From contig CBFDEM010000017.1 of the NCBI GenBank assembly GCA_965603825.1, forward strand, positions 310,001 to 374,000: a stretch of 64,000 nt of DNA, read 5' to 3'. The translations under genes and the position numbers were made by a program. The DNA is from Blepharisma stoltei ATCC 30299. Lineage: Eukaryota; Protista; Ciliophora. The notes below the pieces were generated by a model. The model was not told the origin of the DNA. It saw only the letters and a program-made list of their open reading frames with translations, and did no database searches. Shown here piece after piece: positions 12,127-24,459 of this stretch (within the stretch, counting starts at the first letter, position 1; every line of letters starts with the position of its first letter).

Positions 12127-12239
12127 ACTTTAAAAATAATCCTAATAATCTTAATCTAATCATTTATTAATTTTAAAAGAACTTCTTTATTGGAGAGAAA
12201 CCTTTAAAAAATTAATTCGATTAATATTGAATTCAAATC

Positions 12240-12860
12240 TTACCCTAGAAGCTGAATTAATTCGATATTTCCTGTATCCTCTACCTTCCACATTAAATTC
12301 AGCTTCATCATTTTAATATTTTTTTTCTACAAGATTTCTTTCGTTTTTTCTACCCTTATTGCAAACAAATCATCATCAAACCAAGTCATTTCTCTGATTC
12401 ATTTGCATTTCCCATTTAACAAAATAATAGTCGCTTGTATAACTAAAGCAACTACCATAAAAGGAATTCCAATATTGCTAAGAACATTATCATCAGCCCA
12501 ATAAGAGTCAATAATCAAAAATAAAAAGAAAATCCCCATTAAGCAAATTGAAAGAACCAAAAAATTCCTTGCTTTGGCGTCAGGCTTTAAGCTTTCAATT
12601 TTCGCATTATTATTGAATTCCAGCTCATGTCTTAGAGTAATCCCTATTTTATTAATTGATTTTAAAATTTTCAGGGATGGGACATTTGATGATTGAGCTA
12701 GGAATTCGAAGGATCCTTTGGAATCATGATGCAAATTGAAACTGTTGAATTTATCTAGCACGAAAATAATTTTTCCTTCAGGGTCTATATGTGGAGAAGT
12801 GTATAAAGTTGCTGTTTCTCGGCCTTGAGTATCTAATCGATTACCGTCACTACTTGACAT
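12240..12860 (-). pseudogene. Two-TM membrane protein copy 2 with premature TAG (truncated gene or pseudogene)
   Basis: Near-identical to 10439..11062, but CAG>TAG at 12327-12329 and a 3 nt deletion downstream. The ancestral TAA is retained at 12240-12242. Confidence 0.7.
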
Positions 12861-13270
12861 ATTTTAAAATTGCGTTATTTATTTAAGACCTTTTTAAAAA
12901 TTTTAAGCTTTATTAGAAATGGTGCTTATAAGTATATAAAGCAATTCAAAATTTAGGTGACTTCCTTTGCTTATTAAATATGTCATTTTTTATCATATAA
13001 GCTAAATATTACCAGCTTTTGTTGAATATAGATATATGAATTTCATAAGAATAATTCAGCTCTTTTCTTACTAACTTAAAATATTAAAATTTTTAAATGT
13101 AAATAATAAGAGATTAATTCATTGCAAGAATTATAAAAATAATATATGTTAGCATTTATTAAGAAAAACCATTTATGAATTCATATTGCTCAATCCTTAT
13201 TCTGGGTATCCAAAAGAAATAGGAATAAGTGAAATCTTCCATTAAATAAGCTTATTAAATTATTCGGAAA

Positions 13271-14788
13271 ATGGAAGATGTATCATTGAGAGAACAATTG
13301 AGAATCGTCTTCAACCACATCGATAAAGACCAATCTGGCACTTTAAGCGTCTCAGAAATTGAGGATGGACTCAAAATGCTAAATTTAGGCTACAATATTG
13401 ACTCACACTCAGCGGCGCAAGAAATCTGAACTGAATGCAGCAAGGACCAAAATGTTACTTATGAAGCATTTCTTGAGTGAAATATCAAAAAAGTCTCTCA
13501 AAGGCTAGCCCATTCACAAGCTACCACTATGGCAAGCCTTTTTATAAGCCCTGCATTCCGTGTAGTCAATTTATTGAAATCCTTTGATAAGTACATCCCA
13601 GAAGCCCATAAGCGTGAACTTCAGTGGTGTATTGATCAAATATCAAGCGGGGAATTGTACTCAGTCAGCCAACTCCCACAGCTTACTCGTTCAGCTTCAC
13701 TTATAGAGCAAGACTCTTTCCAAATTATTAACTTTTTCTCTAAGTTTGAAAAGGAAAACCAGCTGGAAATAGATGAGGATTTTTGTATAAGAAAATCTAG
13801 AGATCGGTCTAATAGCAGTCCTGGAATAATTTACAAAAGAAGCTCAACTCTTCCAGAAATTGACTCTGATATAGAAGACCTTAAATTCAATATTTTTGAC
13901 CTGTGCACTAGGCTAGAAGAAAATAGAGCAACTACATGCAGGTTTATCGCAGATAAAATATTTGAAAAGTGGCATCTATTTAAACTGATGTCAATCAACA
14001 GAAAAACATTTATGAAATTTACCCATGAAATTGCTCATGGGTATAAGCCTTTGCCTTATCACAGTGCTTTGCATGCTGCAGATGTCATGCAATGCTGTAA
14101 CTTGTTTTTGACTAAGGGAGGCATCGTTGTATCAGCAAGACTAGAAGCAATCCACATTACAGGTCTTTTATTGTCAGCTTTAATTCATGATGTAAAGCAT
14201 CCAGGAGTCACTAATGGATTCTTGGAGTCAACATCTGATGCATTAGCAATACAATATAATGATAAATCAGTACTTGAAAATTTCCATTTAGCTGAAGCAT
14301 TCAAAACTGCCATGAAAGACGACTGCAATATTTTTGCTGGGCTTGCAAAAGAAGAGTATAGAATTTTGAGGCACATGGTCATACAATGTGTCTTAAAAAC
14401 TGACATGTCAACTCATGCTGACCAATTAGGTTCGATTCAAACAAGATTAACATTAGAAATGCTGCCTAGTAATAAGCAGTTACTGTTAGAAAGTCTGCTT
14501 CATGCTGCTGATATTTCTCATAGTTTGAGGGAGTGGGAAGTCCATGAAAAATGAAGCGCAATGATACAAGATGAGTTTTTCACTCAAGGAGATATTGAAA
14601 AGTCAATGGGAAGAGAAATCATTTCATTGTTTGATAGAAATAAAGCATCGGTACCAAGGCTGCAGCTAGGCTATATTAATGCAGTTATATTACCATATTT
14701 TACTCCGCTACTTAATTTGATGCCTGAGCTGAAAGAAATGCAAGATAATATTGAAAAAAATAGAGACAAGTGGGCATCAGAAATTTAG
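13271..14788 (+). CDS. Class I cyclic-nucleotide phosphodiesterase with N-terminal EF-hand
   Basis: ATG 13271 is in frame with ORF 13529 through two TGA. EF loop DKDQSGTLSVSE; YHSALHAADV, HDVKHPG, LENFH, TDM and HAADIS motifs. TGA=W at 14552-14554. Stop TAG. Confidence 0.9.
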
Positions 14789-15194
14789 ATTAACCTTCGC
14801 TTTAAGAGCTAAATTTTTCTTTAGTTTGTTAAATGACTTTAAAATCGAGTCGATTTTAAACTTATATAAATCCTATGAGAAGAGTTTTAAGGCGTCAGTA
14901 TGCATAAGCAATCAAATCTTTTATTTTGAAAGTATTGAAAATAGAATTTAAGTTATCTTAATAGCTATTTGATTCTTTTAATTAATTTTTTATAGCTTTA
15001 ATCCCACTTTTCTTCTGCCTCATCCTCTCTTTTAAGATTTTTTCAATTTTTTTTATATTTTAAGTAATTTAAATAATTACCATTAAAATTCATGTTTAAG
15101 TAATATTATTGAACGAATTATATTCTATTCTCAAGTTAAGAGCTTACCAATTGCTAACTAATTTAAATTTAATAATTATCACCCATAGCCATCA

Positions 15195-16049
15195 ATGCAA
15201 ATGCAATTTAAAATTAATTCACAAATGAATTTAAAGAATTCCCAGGATGAATGTGATAGTCCTAAATCCAAACGTGTTACTTTTAGTAAAAATCGAGGCT
15301 TCACTTACATCCCAAAAAAGCTCACCAAATCGCCAAAACATAAAAGTTTATCAACCCCAGTAGCATCAGAAGTGTTTAAAATAACAATTAGCCCTGAGCT
15401 TGACAACCTATTATATTGTGACGATATACAAACTCTTACAAGTGCGGAGACTTTTATCATTTCTCCCAGGAAGACCTTTAAAACTTCAGTTACATTAAAG
15501 CAACCTCTTGTAAAAAGAGAGAAAGACATAATTAGCCAAGTTATGGAAAAATTTTCATCTAGAACTCAAGATGACTATAGTAACAGTTATCAGAAATGCA
15601 CTTCTCCTCAGCTATCCAAGGCAAAATTACCATCTTTTATAAGAAAAAACTCAAGCGCCTCAACCTCCTCAAATGCTTCGCTTTCTAAAAAAGAGCTTAT
15701 AAATATAAATGTCCAAATCCCGGACTATCGAAGGCAAAAGTCATTGGTTTCGCCACGACAATATGACCAAATGAATGAGCTGCTGCAAAAAATTAATGAT
15801 GAAGATGCCAATAATGTAAAAAAACTAAGAAAAAGCTTGAAAGATTGCCAACTTGACTTGTCGAGCAGAATTGAAGACCTTCGGAAGACTGCAAAATTAG
15901 ATTTCGATATAATGAGGCAACAAAGAGCTAAGAGGTGAACAAAAAATAAATTTACAAATTTTGAGCAGGATTTAAGTGGGAAAGAAATAATGGAAATGCT
16001 AGGAAAGGTTAAAGCTGATATGAAAAGATTTAATTTTTTATACAGCTAA
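15195..16049 (+). CDS. Hypothetical Ser/Lys-rich protein
   Basis: Track ORF extended through TGA 15936-15938 to TAA 16047-16049. The true start may be a downstream ATG. Confidence 0.65.
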
Positions 16050-16207
16050 ATGAGTAATTCTAAATTTTTAATTAATTAGAAAGGATATCGTTAAAATTTT
16101 AAAAAGTCAGTTTATGAGATATAAGATATAATAATCATATCAGTTTATATATATGCCAGTTATGCTCAAATAATTACAAATCTTGGTATTTTTTAGGGAA
16201 ATTCATC

Positions 16208-16849
16208 TTAAGAAATCTGTCCATTTGTCTCATATTCATTATAAATTTTATCGATTTCAAAAACTGAACTCTTACCTTGATGGTGATTTTTGCTAGGGAT
16301 ATCATCATTATCAGCATCAACACTTTCATCAACGTAAACTTTTGCACTCTCTTTCCCTTCACGCCTTAATCTTCTAAAGTTTCTTTGGAATAAAGTTTTA
16401 GGGGTTCCTGAAATATACTTGAAATCAGGTGTTAAAGATCGTGATTGAGGAATTGGGCTTATGCTAATAGATTTTGGAGAACTTATTATGCTCAGCCTAT
16501 CTAATTTTTTCCAGGGCTTGCTTAAAATAGATTTATAACGTTTTTCATCATGTGCAAGATCATTGTCTCTCAATCTAGATAGCTTAGGACTAGAGCTATT
16601 CTTCTGTGTCTTTGGTGGCAGATTACTAAGGACTTTACAAGCTTTTTTAGAAATTTTTAGCCCATATCTTAAATTTTGGTGAACTATTGGCTTTATTTTG
16701 TTGTTATTAAGTGGAGATTTCTGTAAAACATAGCTAAGTAGATTTTTTTCGTCATTCTCATCGATAGCAATTTCTCTTAGTTTCCTTTTGTAATAGAAAT
16801 GTGTATTATCAGGCAGTCTGAAAGGAAACTTATTTTTAGAAATTTTCAT
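16208..16849 (-). CDS. Hypothetical basic low-complexity protein
   Basis: 213 aa ATG-to-TAA ORF between AT-rich spacers. Confidence 0.65.
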   Translation of the reverse strand: MKISKNKFPFRLPDNTHFYYKRKLREIAIDENDEKNLLSYVLQKSPLNNNKIKPIVHQNLRYGLKISKKACKVLSNLPPKTQKNSSSPKLSRLRDNDLAHDEKRYKSILSKPWKKLDRLSIISSPKSISISPIPQSRSLTPDFKYISGTPKTLFQRNFRRLRREGKESAKVYVDESVDADNDDIPSKNHHQGKSSVFEIDKIYNEYETNGQIS

Positions 16850-16905
16850 TATTTCCTTATCCTATCTTTTATAATTAAATATAAGACCATACATTAGAAA
16901 ATTCC

Positions 16906-18979
16906 TTAAAAAAGTTCACACGTATCTTTTATGCATAATCTTGAACACCCTGGCCTGGATTCTTTCGGAATCACAATTGGCTCTGGAAGCTCAATTTTTC
17001 TTTTATTGTGATTTTCTTTAAAAACATTAAATTCTGATTGCTTTTCGACTGCTAAGGACTCTGCTCTTACAATAGTCTCGTATTTTTCTTCGTCAAAATC
17101 TTCTTCCATTTTTTCAAAATTTGGCGTGTCTTCATTTATTTCTTCAACAGCATCATTTTTAATTTCCTCAAAATTTCCAATATTTTCATTGATTTCTATT
17201 GAAGGGATTTCAAATGTTTCTGGATTTTCCATTTCAAAATAGTCATTTTCTTGGTTTTGAGGATCATCTTCATAAGTAGATATTTCTGATGTATGCGAAG
17301 AGTCAGATCTTGAGGTAAGAGGGGAGTGAATATCACTGAAAGTGCCTTCTAGATGCATTTGGGCTATTTTCATTTCAGGGATTTGTATGTATTCATTAGC
17401 TTCTACAGCATTAATAAAATCATAAATTGGCATAGATGCTGGCTCAGTTTTCAGAATCCGCACAAAATCTGCAATTGAAACTTTGTTGCTATAGCCAGTT
17501 AAATCGAGACTATCATAGAACAAACTTGACTGTGTTTTAAAATATTCTGAACGATAGTCAAGTGTTTTTTCTATACAGCAAATTAAATTAAATATATCTA
17601 CTGGATATAAGTCCTCAGAAGAGCTTTTAGCATAAGCTTGATAGCAAAGGCTTAGCTTTTCATCAGTTGGACATTGAGAAAGCAATGCTAAACCAATTTT
17701 TATTTGTGCGAGTTCTATTGAATCATTTCCATATTGGTCAAATGCGCTAAAAATATTTATTGATAGGCTTGAGATCCAATTTTGCCTCAATTTAAGAATA
17801 CTTAAAAACTCTTCTCGTGACACAAATTCTTTATTAAGTTGATCAAAAGAATGAAAAATATCAAGGAGCTCAGTAAAAGAAAAGCCAAGGCCTCTGTTTC
17901 TAAGAAGTATTTTAGATTGCCGTAGTCGATATAGCCTTTCTAAATGTAATTTTTCTAAATTTTCAGCTTGAGTTATCAATTCATTTCTTTTATGAATCCT
18001 ATATGTCGATTTTGCTATTGCTTTTTTTATCATTTTTTCTATAGGCATTTTTTCCAATTTCTGCATCAGTTTAATCCTTGTTAAATTTCCAGCTACTGTT
18101 AACGTATCCACAGAAGCGTCCAAACCTATTGCTTTTGTCTCAGCCTTTACCGTAGTCCTCAGAAATTTTTCATATTTGCTTAAAATTGTAAGAGCAAATT
18201 TAATAGCAAATTCAAAGCCGTGAATTAAAATATTGTCTCAAACTCTAAGTAAATCAGATGGTAAAATACTTTTTACAAATAAAGCAGAAAACCATGAAAA
18301 TCCAATCCGCTTTATTGTGTTTACAAATGGAGTTAAATCATCTACTTTTGTGTTCGAATTTTTTGGGTGAAAAACTGCTTTTAATGTAGCTACTAGTTTT
18401 GGCCTTAATTTTTCAGCCATCATAGCAAAAATTCTTAGTTCTCGATGGAGCCCTAATTTTCGGTTATCTATTATGAAATAGTCCTATATTTGATTTACTT
18501 CCGGGTAAATTTTTTCTATGATGTGACATAGCATAAGAAAAATATCACTTTCAAGTTTAAATACTTCTAATAGAATTGCTACAAGAAAATTCATCCCAGA
18601 ATGGTATCCAATATCAGGTCTTTTATAGGCAAAAATGCTTAAAACTGTGGAAATTTTTTGAATTTTTTCTTCGGCCTTTCACACACTCAGTGCACTAATA
18701 TAAGATTCTGCAGACTCTTTTCTAATATTTTTTGCAGTATTCGTTGGAATGGTTACCTGCTTTTGGTTTTTTGCTGCATGAAAAAAATGTAAGCATTCAG
18801 ATGCAAATTGCGGATCTATTAAAGCTACCCAGACTCTAGGTTAATTATTACGCTGGCCGTTGAGTTCGAGGACTAACGTATGATAAAATTGAGCTTCTTA
18901 GTGTAGTCATTTTTGTTTCATATGATTCTTGCATTCTAAGGAATTCTGGCCAAGTTTTGATAGCTTGCTGTCTAGCCAT
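16906..18979 (-). CDS. TBC (Rab-GAP-like) domain plus EF-hand protein with two micro-introns; catalytic motifs degenerate
   Basis: ATG 18979, introns 18836-18851 and 18484-18498. RPAVWVAL, PDIGYHSGMNF, WFSALF and LRV-W(TGA)-D are TBC landmarks. FSAFDQYGNDSI EF-like region. Confidence 0.85.
18484..18498 (-). other. 15 nt intron GTAAATCAAATATAG
   Basis: Contains an in-frame TAG. Removal gives IYPE-DYF. Confidence 0.88.
18836..18851 (-). other. 16 nt spliceosomal intron GTAATAATTAACCTAG
   Basis: Removal eliminates a stop and restores the frame (QRPA-VWVAL). Confidence 0.85.
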
Positions 18980-19389
18980 TTAGATTATAATCATAGTTTA
19001 AATTTATTCAACTTTTTTAAGGAAATTTAAGGTTTATTATCATTTGTTTCTAAGTTTTATAATTTTATTATTTGTCCTATTTTTTGTTCAAATAGCTAGG
19101 GCTTATATATTGAGTGTATATAAGCTAGAACTATACTGCAATTTTATTAAGCCTAATCAGCTCATATTATAATTTGAGCACTGTTGAATTCACCATAAAT
19201 GGAGTTAACAATAATAATTATCTTCAGATTGGTCCCAGCAACTAAATTTCCCAATTCAATACCAAATGCTGCAGTTTCACTATTTTAACAAGCAGATCTA
19301 ATGATTATAATAGACTGAATAATGCATGCTAAGATTAGCTTAATAAATTTGAGCGTTTTAATTAGTGAATAACTCTATTCATTATTATC

Positions 19390-20136
19390 TTATGTAGTTT
19401 TTGCTTCTTCATTTTTATTTTCTTCAGCTTCCTCTTCAGTTTTTTGTTTTTTCCTAGGAGGCAAAGAGCATTCAATAGCTGTTGGCCAGTCTTGGAATTC
19501 CACATATTTCAGCACTAGTTGAAAAACGTGATTTACAGCCAAAACTCTGCTTCAGTCGATTTTTGTATCTTTAAATCTCCCTAATGGTAGTTTTGCACTC
19601 TTTATGCCTTGGCTGTTTGCTTTATCAATTGTAATTCTTTTCAGTCTGTTATGATCCACAAGCCCTCCTATGATATAAAATTTATCCTTTTCAAATTCAT
19701 CAACTTCTTCAGTCGCATCTGCAGTTAAATAAACCAGCTTTTCTTTCTCATATAAATCAATATAATTTTGCTTACAAATATCAATAGCCCAGTTCCCAGA
19801 TGATAAATTTTTGATTTCCTGTTCCATAGAATCATCCACACCAGTCAATTTCAAATCTACAGGATTTTCTGATTTTTTATTTTCAGCATAACTAAACATA
19901 ATTTGCTGCTTCAGGCTTGTTTTTTCTCTTTCAGTCAATAACTCATTGAACTCACAATCAATTATGACTTTTACATTTCCAGCTTTTCTTCTATCTCATT
20001 CTTCTCTATTCAGCCTAAAAAGGGTTTTGGGCTTCGGTTTTCTAATTTTTTTCTTCTTTTTCTCTTGTCTTTTCAATTGCCACAGCTCTCTCTTTTTAAG
20101 CTTTTTTTGCTGGTTTTTGGAAATTGTTGCTTCCAT
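19390..20136 (-). CDS. TRMT10: tRNA m1G9 methyltransferase (Trm10, SPOUT family)
   Basis: VIIDCEF, LVYLTAD, YIIGGLVDHN, AKLPL and VLAVNHVF motifs. Two TGA=W. Stop TAA. Confidence 0.92.
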
Positions 20137-20222
20137 ATAATTATTTATTTACTGCTAGAAATTAAGGCTGGTTTAGAAAAGGCTGGAGATTAGGCTCTAT
20201 AAGCCATATTATAATTGCAGTT

Positions 20223-20798
20223 ATGTTCAAAAACACATTCCAATCTGGATTCTTATCAATATTATACAGCATAGGAAGCAAACCTTTACAGATTTGGGAC
20301 AAGAGTGTAAGAAATGGACATATTAAGAGGATAACTGATCAAGATATACAAAGCTCGGTGTTAGAAATAATGGGTACAAATGTAAGCACAACCTATATCA
20401 CATGCCCAGCAGATCCAAACCAAACCTTAGGGATCAAGCTCCCATTTCTTGTAATGATCATCAAAAACTTGAAAAAATATTTCACATTTGAGGTTCAAGT
20501 CCTTGATGACAAAAACATACGTCGAAGATTTAGAGCTTCTAACTATCAAAGCACCACCAGAGTAAAACCCTTTATTTGCACTATGCCAATGAGGCTTGAC
20601 GAGGGCTGGAACCAAATTCAATTTAACTTATCTGACTTCACCAGGAGAGCGTATGGTACGAATTATATTGAAACTTTAAGGGTACAGATCCATGCCAACT
20701 GTAGGATGAGAAGAATTTACTTCTCAGATAGACTTTATTCAGAAGAAGAGCTGCCACCAGAGTTCAAACTATTTTTACCTCTACAAAAACAAACTTAA
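20223..20798 (+). CDS. CFAP20: Cilia- and flagella-associated protein 20 (BUG22)
   Basis: Highly conserved [25 protein letters not shown]...[13 protein letters not shown]. Confidence 0.98.
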   Translation: MFKNTFQSGFLSILYSIGSKPLQIWDKSVRNGHIKRITDQDIQSSVLEIMGTNVSTTYITCPADPNQTLGIKLPFLVMIIKNLKKYFTFEVQVLDDKNIRRRFRASNYQSTTRVKPFICTMPMRLDEGWNQIQFNLSDFTRRAYGTNYIETLRVQIHANCRMRRIYFSDRLYSEEELPPEFKLFLPLQKQT

Positions 20799-20891
20799 TA
20801 ATTTAGATAGGCTTTTCTGATAATTTTATAAAACCAATGAATTTCATAAAATATGGATTTTATTTAGATAACTCATAATATTAGCTTAATT

Positions 20892-22211
20892 TTATTGCCA
20901 TCCTTGGTTATTGACAAACCTATAAACCAAATTAAGAGCATTCACCGGCTGGTCATGAGGAACCATATGACCAGATTTCAAAACTACAACGAAGCTTAGG
21001 TTATTATAAGTCTGCGCGTATCCAGCCACATTTCCGTTGACGTTCCAAATGATTTTGTTGGAGTTAATAAAATTGCTGATATATGGCCAGTTTAAGTTCG
21101 CCAGCATTTGTTCGGTGGATGGGGTGTTGACTATTAAATCGTCTTGACCATTATAAATAAGAACTTTGATGCTATCAAGGAGGTATGGTATGAGAGGTGC
21201 AGCTGATGTCATAATATCTTGGGTCATAGCATTGTAAATATCGTTATTACACTCTGTCCAAATTATATTAGAAGGCACATGGATCATTTGCTTGGTCGAT
21301 GCTAAATTCAGCCATGCTGGCATTTGTCCCATGTTATAGTTTGGATTATAGTCTCTGCTATTATACACATTGATCCCTCCTGCATAGTCTACAATAAGAG
21401 AATATGATTGTTCCCAGTCATTTAGCGCTTGGTTCCAACTTCCAGTATTGAGCTCGCTGGTAACTTGGTCTTCATAGGTCTGGATAATCCCAAGCTCTTC
21501 TTGGTCAATAATTCCAGTTGCATATGCATAGCTTCCATAAGTTTGGCTTTGGTTTGGAGGATCAGTCCATGGGTCGCCAATTCCAACACCTTTAAGATTG
21601 AATTTGAAAGGAGGGTTTGGACTTCTATTGTTTGATACAATTTGATAAGCAATGCCTGGAATCCAATGTCCTCCAAAGCTTTCTCCAAAGAAATAAAGAT
21701 CTCTTGAGAACCAAGTTGGGTATTTATTTGCAAGTTTTACTAAAAAGTTGTAAAGCTGTATTGATGAGCCAGTTGTGGTATTTTTCATATCATAAGGAGC
21801 TCCAGCTACAGAGTATCCGGTCCCCAGAGGGTGGTCAATTGTCATGATATGGAAATCATTAGTCCATGTATAGGGATTTTTTTGAGGATTTGTATTGTTA
21901 TCAATATAGAAAGGAGCTATATTTTCAAAAAACATCCCAGTTTCACCAGAGCAGCCTGGGCCACCTTGAATTCATATAATTAAAGGTAATTTATCAGTTG
22001 TGCTTGAGATGTTACCTTTAATTGCTTGGAAAAGCCAATAAAAATAAGAAGAGCCAGTAAGAGCGTTCATAGTTACTTCTCCTGCATAGCCTTGGAAACC
22101 AAAATAGCTTCATTGGCCATCTGTATCACCAAGAAGTTCTTGAGAATTGGTAGAAGAAACTAAGGATAAACTCAAAAAGAGCAATCCTAAATGAAGAAGT
22201 CGTAGGACCAT
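20892..22211 (-). CDS. Serine carboxypeptidase (family S10) with signal peptide
   Basis: ATG 22211 with hydrophobic leader. PLII-W(TGA 21972-21974)-IQGGPGCS, GESFGG and GHMVPHDQP motifs. Confidence 0.93.
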
Positions 22212-22456
22212 ATTTATAATTTGTTCACCTAATGAAGATGATTTCTTACTGTTGAAGGAGAAAAATAGGGAGATAATGCATTTTTTAGAGAAGAAGACAG
22301 AAATGGGGAAAAATTAGAATAAAAAATATAAAGGGAGTTTTGATAAAAAAGAAAAGAATTTAAGCACTTCTTCAGGAATCTTAGAACAAATCAGAAACGG
22401 AATTACTGTAATTCTTTATATTAAAATAATTCATATGAAATAATGAAAAATTAAAT

Positions 22457-23776
22457 ATGAGTCAAACAAACGACATTACCAAAACAGCTAGAAAGGTCCG
22501 AAGACTATTAAGAAATACCCTCAAGCCTTTTGATGCCACAAACAGCGGTAAAATTCTTTTTGATCTCTTTAAAGAGCAGCTGCTTAAATTAAACGTTATA
22601 CTAAAAATCGAAGATTTTGAAGCAATTAAAGACAAGTTTGTAGACCAAGACAATAAAATCGAATATACACCTGCTTTAAGAAGGCTTAAGCTTCATCATG
22701 ATAGAGGCAGATACGTGTGGTATATGGATAAAGGAGATAATGAAAGCATTTTTCTATCAGGAGTTGTGAGAAATCAGCAATTAAGTGAAGATAATCAGCT
22801 GGGGTTTATGTTGAACTCTCATAAATATTTACCAATTTATAGTAGTTTTCAAGATAATAAGAAAGGAAGAGTAGAAGGGTCTCTAATTGGAAAATTGCAG
22901 CAAAGTCATGTAGATATAAGGACTCTAGAAGCTATAAAGGCGCAAGCAATAATGCTTATTAAGGATCAAAAGCCGAAAAATACCTCAGCTACATTCAAAT
23001 ATATATTGAACTCATATGGCTCAAAAATCCCAGACCAACTGAAAAACGACTTAATTACACATTGCATAGATTCTGAAGGAAATTTTAAGCTTTCTCAGCT
23101 ATATGATCTTGTCGAAGCTTATAAATTTGCTCCACAAGGCACAAAATATTACAACTCACAGTTTCTTTCCTCTAACGTAAAAGAGGCTTTATGAACTTCT
23201 GAAAGTGCCAGCTTCAGGATTAACCCAGAAGACCAGCAAGCTCAGCTTAAAAGAAAGCTTTCACAACAAATAAATGAAAAGTTCCGTATGGTTTCTCAAG
23301 CATTCCGATTTTTTGACAATGATAAGGTAAAATATATTTAGGATGGCGTTGTAAATTTTAGTGATTTTTTAATTTCATTAGAAAATTTTACTATTTTTGC
23401 AACTAAAAAAGAGTTGAAAAGCCTTTTTAACCACCTTGATGAAGGAAATAAAGGCTACCTAAAGCTTGAAGATTTTTCTGCTTTATTCGCCAAAAGAAAT
23501 TCATCTACTCCAATTCCAGAAAAGACATCAAATTTAAAGAAAAGCAGGCAAATTGGGTTTATTTCTGAAAGACGAAACGTAAAATTAAAATCGTATGAAA
23601 ATTCTCCTAGGCAAAAAGACACTCAAAGAAGCTCCGAAAGCTTAGAAAAAGCTCAAGTAAGAAGCTTTGACTCACAAAATCTCCTTAAAAATGGGCCTAA
23701 ATACGTCCCTAAAAATAAGAGTTTTTTAAGTGAGATTAAAAGGCCATTGCAAAGGCAAAATATCAGTCAGCTGTAA
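22457..23776 (+). CDS. Multi-EF-hand protein with one micro-intron
   Basis: TGA=W at 23192-23194. Removing intron 23327-23341 creates EF loop DNDKDGVVNFSDF. Further loops DATNSGKI and DEGNKGYL. Confidence 0.85.
23327..23341 (+). other. 15 nt intron GTAAAATATATTTAG
   Basis: In-frame TAG; splits an EF-hand loop. Confidence 0.92.
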
Positions 23777-23808
23777 TTTTTAATAATTTTGATATTAAAT
23801 TACTTATC

Positions 23809-24459
23809 ATGTCTACTCATATACAGTCTATCCCTTTTATATCGGTGCTTAAATTCTCCACACCTCGCCCGGATTCAGAAGTACTATGTGAAGGCGAATA
23901 TATTCCAAAAACCTGCCGTACAAAAAAGAGCATAGAAACTACTGATCGTGATTTAACAACAAAAGCTTTTTTGCCGTTTGTAAATAAACCTTTAAATGTA
24001 AAGCTTTTGAAAAGTGTTTCAGTTAAAAATTTTTCATTTACAATGAAGCCCAGAGGCTCTGTTTATGACTCATCGCGAAATATAAAAAAATCGGGTGAAG
24101 CAATGCGGATTGATAAAAATAGTATTAATTTTAGCATAAAGAAAAAAATCCAAGAATTCAATAATTACAAGAAAGAAAAATCTAATGAAATAGAAGAGTA
24201 TAAAAGAAAAATTAAGGAAACTGAAAAGCAGAAGGAAAATATAAGAAATAGAATTAAAAACTATGAAAAAATTGGAAATTTTATTATAAAGATGGTAGAA
24301 GAGAAAAACAATAATTCTGAGGATTTTGATAATATAATAGCAATGATTGAAAAAATTAAGCCATCCAATAATAAAAAGCAGCCAGAATTCAATGAGGTAA
24401 CAGCTGAATTGTGGGAATTATTTCAAAAATTTGAAGGATTTTTTAAAGAAAGCAAATAG
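23809..24459 (+). CDS. Hypothetical coiled-coil protein
   Basis: 216 aa ATG-to-TAG ORF with a K/E-rich C-half. Confidence 0.65.
   Translation: MSTHIQSIPFISVLKFSTPRPDSEVLCEGEYIPKTCRTKKSIETTDRDLTTKAFLPFVNKPLNVKLLKSVSVKNFSFTMKPRGSVYDSSRNIKKSGEAMRIDKNSINFSIKKKIQEFNNYKKEKSNEIEEYKRKIKETEKQKENIRNRIKNYEKIGNFIIKMVEEKNNNSEDFDNIIAMIEKIKPSNNKKQPEFNEVTAELWELFQKFEGFFKESK

Larger units (their letters stand above)
11215..12888. repeat. Decaying tandem segmental duplicate of ~8865-11090 (SDR 3' end, spacer, SDR copy 3, membrane gene)
   Basis: Colinear similarity: 11215-11340 to an SDR 3' end, 11495-11606 to 9106-9217, 11806-11952 to 9276-9425, and 11957-12888 to 10167-11090. Boundaries approximate. Confidence 0.85.
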
